Assembly (NCBI GenBank): GCA_964619725.1
Contig: CAZUFC010000134.1
Span: 1-21,083, forward strand
From: an uncultured bacterium
Lineage (GTDB): Bacteria; CSSED10-310; CAZUFC01
Direction of reading: 5' to 3'
DNA: 21,083 nt
Of the stretch, positions 16,686 through 21,083 are shown piece after piece. The position numbers and the translations under genes are program-made. The notes under the pieces are model-generated. The model saw only the letters and a list, made by a program, of their open reading frames with translations. It ran no database searches and was not told where the DNA came from. Numbering within the stretch: the stretch's first letter is position 1; each line of letters opens with the position of its first letter.

Positions 16686-19155
16686 TCGCTGTTTTACTTC
16701 TTGTATGTCGAATATAATCCTCAGTCAGTTTCACTACATTTTTCTTCAATTCGCTCCCTGCATTTTCAATTTCTTTGACTGACGCCGTTCTCCCCCGGTA
16801 ATCGTCAGTCCAGATGCCGACATACCCTGCGTGTTTGGGTGAAGTCCCGGAATTTCTGCCGATATATTTTCCGACGCGATGCAAAAGACCGTCATTACCG
16901 TTTATTAGGAAACTCAAATTAAAATCCACGGGGCCGGCCCAGCTTTTATCGGTTAATTGAATCTCAACCGTTAAAACGCCCGGAAAACCTCGGAATTCAA
17001 TATCTCCGATCCGAAGCATTTGCAGGGATTTTTTCAACCGGTATTCGCCGTTCGCCAGCGTTTGATAGAGCGAATCAATTTTCACATTATGTTCGGCGCC
17101 GTTATAGAAAACCTTGGAATAAGCTTTACCAAACATGTCCATAACAGCCGGGATCAGATGAAGCGCATAATCGGTCAGAAGAATCCTGTCGCCGCGAGTT
17201 TTTCGCAATTCCAGCAGTTTTTTCTCTGCGAAGGAAAGCCCGTCGTGATCGACATCCCGTGCATACGCTTCCGGTTTACGTATAGTCGGAACCTCTTCAC
17301 CCATTTCCCGCTCTACTGCATCTATTAATTCCTGGAAAGATGCGTTCCTTTCCCTCATGATCGAAGCTATCAGCAAATGAGTCAAAATCGGATCATCAAG
17401 CAGTTCCATTTCATCTGTCGATTCATTCAGTCTCGCAAAGATCATATGACCGGAGGGTTCTCCTCCTGCAATCATATGATGGTCCTGTCCGTCCGTTTTT
17501 ATTCGCTCAGGGTCTTTTATATAGTCAGCAATGGCTCTGTCTCCGACCGTTACGGTCCTGCATTCTATATTCTGCGCTTCCAGGAATTTTTCAACGCTCA
17601 TTCCGCTCTCGACGGTAATGACGATTTTTCTGATCCAATCAGGCTTGTATTTCGCAAACAATGCGATGGCCGTATCCCCGGACAAAAACGGAACGGGTGC
17701 ATCCAGCAATGCCGGACTTACAGCCAGAAATCTGTCGCCGTCGCAATCTATGGATAAAGAAGGAAGTTGCTTCAGTTCTCCCAGTTCCTTCTCCAGCAGA
17801 ACTCTTTTCTCAACATTTGACTCCGAATCGATATCATAAATCGCATGATGACCGTCTCCCGCACTCTCCGTCACAGCTTTCAGTTCCGGCAGCCTGAATT
17901 CATATCCTGCCGGAAAATAAACCGTTCGATTCACAGCATTATCCCGAACAGGCATACGAATAATATAATCGTCTTGCTCCTCAGTTAAAAGCGAATCGAT
18001 TTCCATCTCACCTTTTCCATAACCGTATGAACCGGCTGCAAAAGCCTCAAGCTCCCGCCGGCTCATCTCAACTTCATACTCACGGCCGACAGCCTCCCGC
18101 AAGAAACGTTCTCGAACTTCAGCCTTTTCTATTCTTCTGCTTCTTTCTTTTGCGAACGTTTCATCGATCCTTTTCCGATATTCCCCGTATATGTAACCCG
18201 CGCCGACAGCATCGTTCGTCTCAAAAGGCGCAATCTCCGAAGCATATCCCACAAGCACAGCCCCCGTATTCAACAATATATTCAACTGAGGGCTTAATTT
18301 GTCCGCGCATCCGGAGGTTCCTCTTACGGCAGCCCCGGCGCCGAAAGCTAAATCAACAGCCATCCAGTTTCCTCCAAGCGCTCCCTTGACCTCCTCAGTC
18401 TCGTTATTCTGAATCAACAAATTCTCTTTCAGAAGTATCCGGCTCATCTTATCTTCATAGGTTCTAAACACCTCATCTCTTGCAAACAGGAGCGATCCCG
18501 GAGATTTCACATCGGCTGCAAGTCCTTTTCCCTGCTTTTTCAGCATCTGAAGCTTCACCAAATATTTTTCGATGGTCCGTTCCATCTTGTGAGTTATGGG
18601 AATGCCTTTAAAGAAACTTTTTATTCCATTGTAACTGATGTTGGAATGAGAGGCTGTAATAATGATGCCTGCCGATCCGCCGAAAATATTTATTGCGGGA
18701 GTAGTGCAAATTCCGACGTATTTCACCTCCAGGCCCTCATCCAGCAGTCCCTGCAGCATAAATTTACTTAACATTTCGCTGGAAGGACGCACATCCTGTC
18801 CGGCATATGCTGCGTTACAGCCGTTTTTTTTAAGCGTTCGAGCTACAGCGCGCCCGAAAAAATAAGTCAATTCCGGTGAAATTAACCCCTTCGAAGCAAA
18901 GGCATCCACGCAGTCGTCAGCCCATGAAGCATCTTCTGTATAAACGCCGCGCATTCCGGAGGTGCCGAACAACCTTATTGAGGCCGCATAAGACGAATCT
19001 GCCGACATATTCTCAAATTGCTTCTCATCAAAAGTTTCAAGCGCTCGATATGAACGATGAAACTCTCTTAACTTCTCCATCGCCCGGAGCTTCTCTTTAG
19101 GCTCAACCCCGTAGTCCATCATGAGCATCGCATCCAATTCACTGTTCCTAAGCAT
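16681..19155 (-). CDS. Divergent, oversized alpha-D-phosphohexomutase superfamily protein (GlmM/PMM/PGM-like)
   Basis: RLFGTSGMRG; GQDVRPSS; phosphoserine loop ITASHSN...YNGIK (S169); metal loop DCDGDR (470-475); TVGDRAI; sugar loop GGEPSGH; phosphate loop RNSGTSP; RBS GAGGAGG. Confidence 0.85.
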   Translation of the reverse strand: MLRNSELDAMLMMDYGVEPKEKLRAMEKLREFHRSYRALETFDEKQFENMSADSSYAASIRLFGTSGMRGVYTEDASWADDCVDAFASKGLISPELTYFFGRAVARTLKKNGCNAAYAGQDVRPSSEMLSKFMLQGLLDEGLEVKYVGICTTPAINIFGGSAGIIITASHSNISYNGIKSFFKGIPITHKMERTIEKYLVKLQMLKKQGKGLAADVKSPGSLLFARDEVFRTYEDKMSRILLKENLLIQNNETEEVKGALGGNWMAVDLAFGAGAAVRGTSGCADKLSPQLNILLNTGAVLVGYASEIAPFETNDAVGAGYIYGEYRKRIDETFAKERSRRIEKAEVRERFLREAVGREYEVEMSRRELEAFAAGSYGYGKGEMEIDSLLTEEQDDYIIRMPVRDNAVNRTVYFPAGYEFRLPELKAVTESAGDGHHAIYDIDSESNVEKRVLLEKELGELKQLPSLSIDCDGDRFLAVSPALLDAPVPFLSGDTAIALFAKYKPDWIRKIVITVESGMSVEKFLEAQNIECRTVTVGDRAIADYIKDPERIKTDGQDHHMIAGGEPSGHMIFARLNESTDEMELLDDPILTHLLIASIMRERNASFQELIDAVEREMGEEVPTIRKPEAYARDVDHDGLSFAEKKLLELRKTRGDRILLTDYALHLIPAVMDMFGKAYSKVFYNGAEHNVKIDSLYQTLANGEYRLKKSLQMLRIGDIEFRGFPGVLTVEIQLTDKSWAGPVDFNLSFLINGNDGLLHRVGKYIGRNSGTSPKHAGYVGIWTDDYRGRTASVKEIENAGSELKKNVVKLTEDYIRHTRSKTAS

Positions 19156-19302
19156 TTATGCCTCCTCAATCTAATTTGCAGGGATTCCTCTCATCCTCTG
19201 ACCGAAAACGGGTGTCCGACAACGCCCCCCTCTTAAAAAATCGGTCCCTGAATAACATATTTTGAGGAATCCCCCGATTAAAATCAACATTTTTTCCTTT
19301 CA

Positions 19303-19331
19303 TTGACAATGCTGGAGAAAAACTTTATATT
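19303..19331 (+). promoter_or_regulatory. Sigma70 promoter for the receiver protein / nfn operon
   Basis: TTGACA (19303-19308), 17-nt spacer, TATATT (19326-19331). Confidence 0.72.
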
Positions 19332-19374
19332 TTCAGACCGAATTATGATTTTCTTCGATACAGGAGGTTAGGAG

Positions 19375-19788
19375 TTGGGAAACAAAAAAAAGATATTGGT
19401 GATTGATTCCGATGAGGTTTATGCGGAAAAGCTGCAGGAATTGCTGATAAAGGCGGGATATGACGTGGAGAAGGCAATAAACTGCACTGAAGCAATGACG
19501 AAAGTGGAATACGGCAATCCCGACATGATCGTCAGCGATGTAATTTTAGAATGCCATGATTCCGGTTTTCAATTCGCAGAAAAACTGAAACGGCATCCGA
19601 ATTTTGGAAAAATACCCATCGTTTTGTTAAGCTCCGTTATGGAGAAATCCGGGTGCAAGTTTTCCATGGAGGAAGACGGTCATTGGATCAAGGCTGATGA
19701 GTATATTGAGAAACCGGTTTCCGATGAGAAACTTCTTTCAGTGATCCAGGATTTAATAAACAGGAAAGAAAGTAATGTGCGAGGCTGA
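19375..19788 (+). CDS. Single-domain response regulator (receiver only)
   Basis: KILVIDSD, PDMIVSDV (phosphoacceptor Asp), IPIVLLSS, ADEYIEKP; AGGAGG RBS (19362-19367) before the TTG start. Confidence 0.92.
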   Translation: MGNKKKILVIDSDEVYAEKLQELLIKAGYDVEKAINCTEAMTKVEYGNPDMIVSDVILECHDSGFQFAEKLKRHPNFGKIPIVLLSSVMEKSGCKFSMEEDGHWIKADEYIEKPVSDEKLLSVIQDLINRKESNVRG

Positions 19789-19845
19789 CGAATTCAGCCT
19801 CAAATTCCAATGATTCGAACCGGAAGGTAATATGGAGGTAAAAGA

Positions 19846-21083
19846 GTGACGGATATAATCGCCCAGACGGATACGGCATTTAAGGTTATAACGAAGAGGC
19901 AATTATCAGAGGATAATTATTTATTCAAGGTTAAGGCGCCGGACGTTGCGGCAGCCGTAAAGCCTGGACAGTTCGTGGTCGTTCGGACAGATGAATATTC
20001 CGAACGTATACCGCTGACGGTAGCGGATTTCAATCGTCAAGAAGGTTGGCTCACTCTGATCATACAGGCGGTGGGCGCTTCCACTTGTAAGATGGTGCGT
20101 TTGCAGGAAGGCGAATCTTTCCTGGACCTGGCGGGACCGCTGGGGCGGCCTTCGGATATCGAGAATTACGGAACGGTCGTGTGCATTGGCGGCGGAGTTG
20201 GAATAGCGCCGGTTTATCCTATAACGAGAGCGTTAAAAGAAGCCGGGAACCGGGTCATTTCAATCATCGGAGCACGCACGAAGGACGCTTTGATTCTGGA
20301 AGATGAGATGAAGAAGGTGAGCGATGAATTTTATGTAGCGACGGACGACGGTTCATACGGTCATCATGGATTTGTAACGGATGTTTTGCGGCAGGTTATG
20401 GATGAAGAGGAAAAACTGGACCGTATCATAGCGATCGGTCCCATAGTGATGATGAAAGCGGTATCGGATTTGAGCCGCGATAAGGAAATTCCGACTATCG
20501 TCAGTTTGAATTCAATTATGGTTGACGGGACCGGCATGTGTGGAGGCTGTCGCGTTACGGTGGGCGAAGAATCCCGTTTTACTTGCGTGGATGGGCCTGA
20601 ATTCGACGGACATCTCGTTGATTTCAACGAACTGATGAAACGGTCGCAGATATTCAGCCGCGAGGAATACAGGGCATCCTGGGACCATGCCTGCAGGCTT
20701 GAAGAAGAGATGAAGGAAATCGAGAAGGCGCCGAAAAGAATCGAGATGCCCCGTCAGGACCCCCGTGCGCGACGCAACAATTTTGATGAAGTTGCGCTGG
20801 GGTATACTGCAGAGATGGCTCAGGCTGAAGCGCTTCGCTGCCTGCAGTGCAAGAAGGCGCCCTGTATGAAAGGATGTCCAGTGGACATCGACATTCCCGG
20901 ATTCATCAATGAAATAAAAGAAGGACGATTTCTCAACGCCATTCACAAGATAAAAGAGAAGAACAACCTGCCGGCGGTATGCGGCAGAGTATGCCCCCAG
21001 GAAGCGCAATGCGAATTGTATTGCGTGCTTTCCAAGCGAGGGGAGCCTGTCGCAATCGGACGTCTTGAAAGATTTGTCGCAGA
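19846..21083 (+). CDS. nfnAB: Fused NfnA-NfnB (SudB-SudA) NADH-dependent reduced ferredoxin:NADP+ oxidoreductase; truncated by the window end
   Basis: Not in the ORF track. Hand translation from GTG 19846 (GGAGG RBS 19834-19838) is open to the end: KPGQFV, ERIPLT, GPLGRPS, GGGVGIAP, TDDGSYG, MVDGTGMCGGCRV..CVDGPEFD (NfnA), then in frame MPRQDP..NFDEVALGY, RCLQCKKAPCMKGCP, CGRVCPQEAQCELYC, IGRLERFVA (NfnB/GltD-like). Confidence 0.92.
   Translation, partial: MTDIIAQTDTAFKVITKRQLSEDNYLFKVKAPDVAAAVKPGQFVVVRTDEYSERIPLTVADFNRQEGWLTLIIQAVGASTCKMVRLQEGESFLDLAGPLGRPSDIENYGTVVCIGGGVGIAPVYPITRALKEAGNRVISIIGARTKDALILEDEMKKVSDEFYVATDDGSYGHHGFVTDVLRQVMDEEEKLDRIIAIGPIVMMKAVSDLSRDKEIPTIVSLNSIMVDGTGMCGGCRVTVGEESRFTCVDGPEFDGHLVDFNELMKRSQIFSREEYRASWDHACRLEEEMKEIEKAPKRIEMPRQDPRARRNNFDEVALGYTAEMAQAEALRCLQCKKAPCMKGCPVDIDIPGFINEIKEGRFLNAIHKIKEKNNLPAVCGRVCPQEAQCELYCVLSKRGEPVAIGRLERFVA

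Noticed and set aside
20700-21083. Separate gltD (glutamate synthase small subunit) gene
   Set aside because: In frame with and fused to the NfnA domain, and no gltB is adjacent in the window; better read as NfnB.

Overview
Bacterial chromosomal window, mostly cell-envelope and regulatory genes. In order: degenerate MITE-like inverted repeats (150-361); an AT-richer SAM-dependent methyltransferase; a doubtful 147-aa ORF; a minus-strand four-gene glyco-operon (GT2, GT4 with an extra C-terminal domain, GT2, LpxL/PatA-type acyltransferase); trmO(tsaA); a sensor kinase plus NtrC-family sigma54 activator followed by a small tail-anchored protein and a secreted HEAT-repeat protein; an exosortase H-type enzyme with a non-catalytic partner behind a perfect-consensus sigma70 promoter, divergent from a large Cys-rich, acidic, Thr/Pro-stalked surface protein with an IPTL-CTERM-like tail; an oversized (824 aa) alpha-D-phosphohexomutase with altered motifs; a stand-alone receiver protein; and a fused NfnA-NfnB electron-bifurcating transhydrogenase that runs off the window and is missing from the ORF track. 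The most interesting candidate system is the exosortase + partner + adjacent substrate module, with a speculative link to the nearby glycosyl/acyltransferases and the atypical mutase. No tRNA, rRNA, CRISPR array or intact transposase was seen. All calls are by-eye motif recognition; no searches were run.
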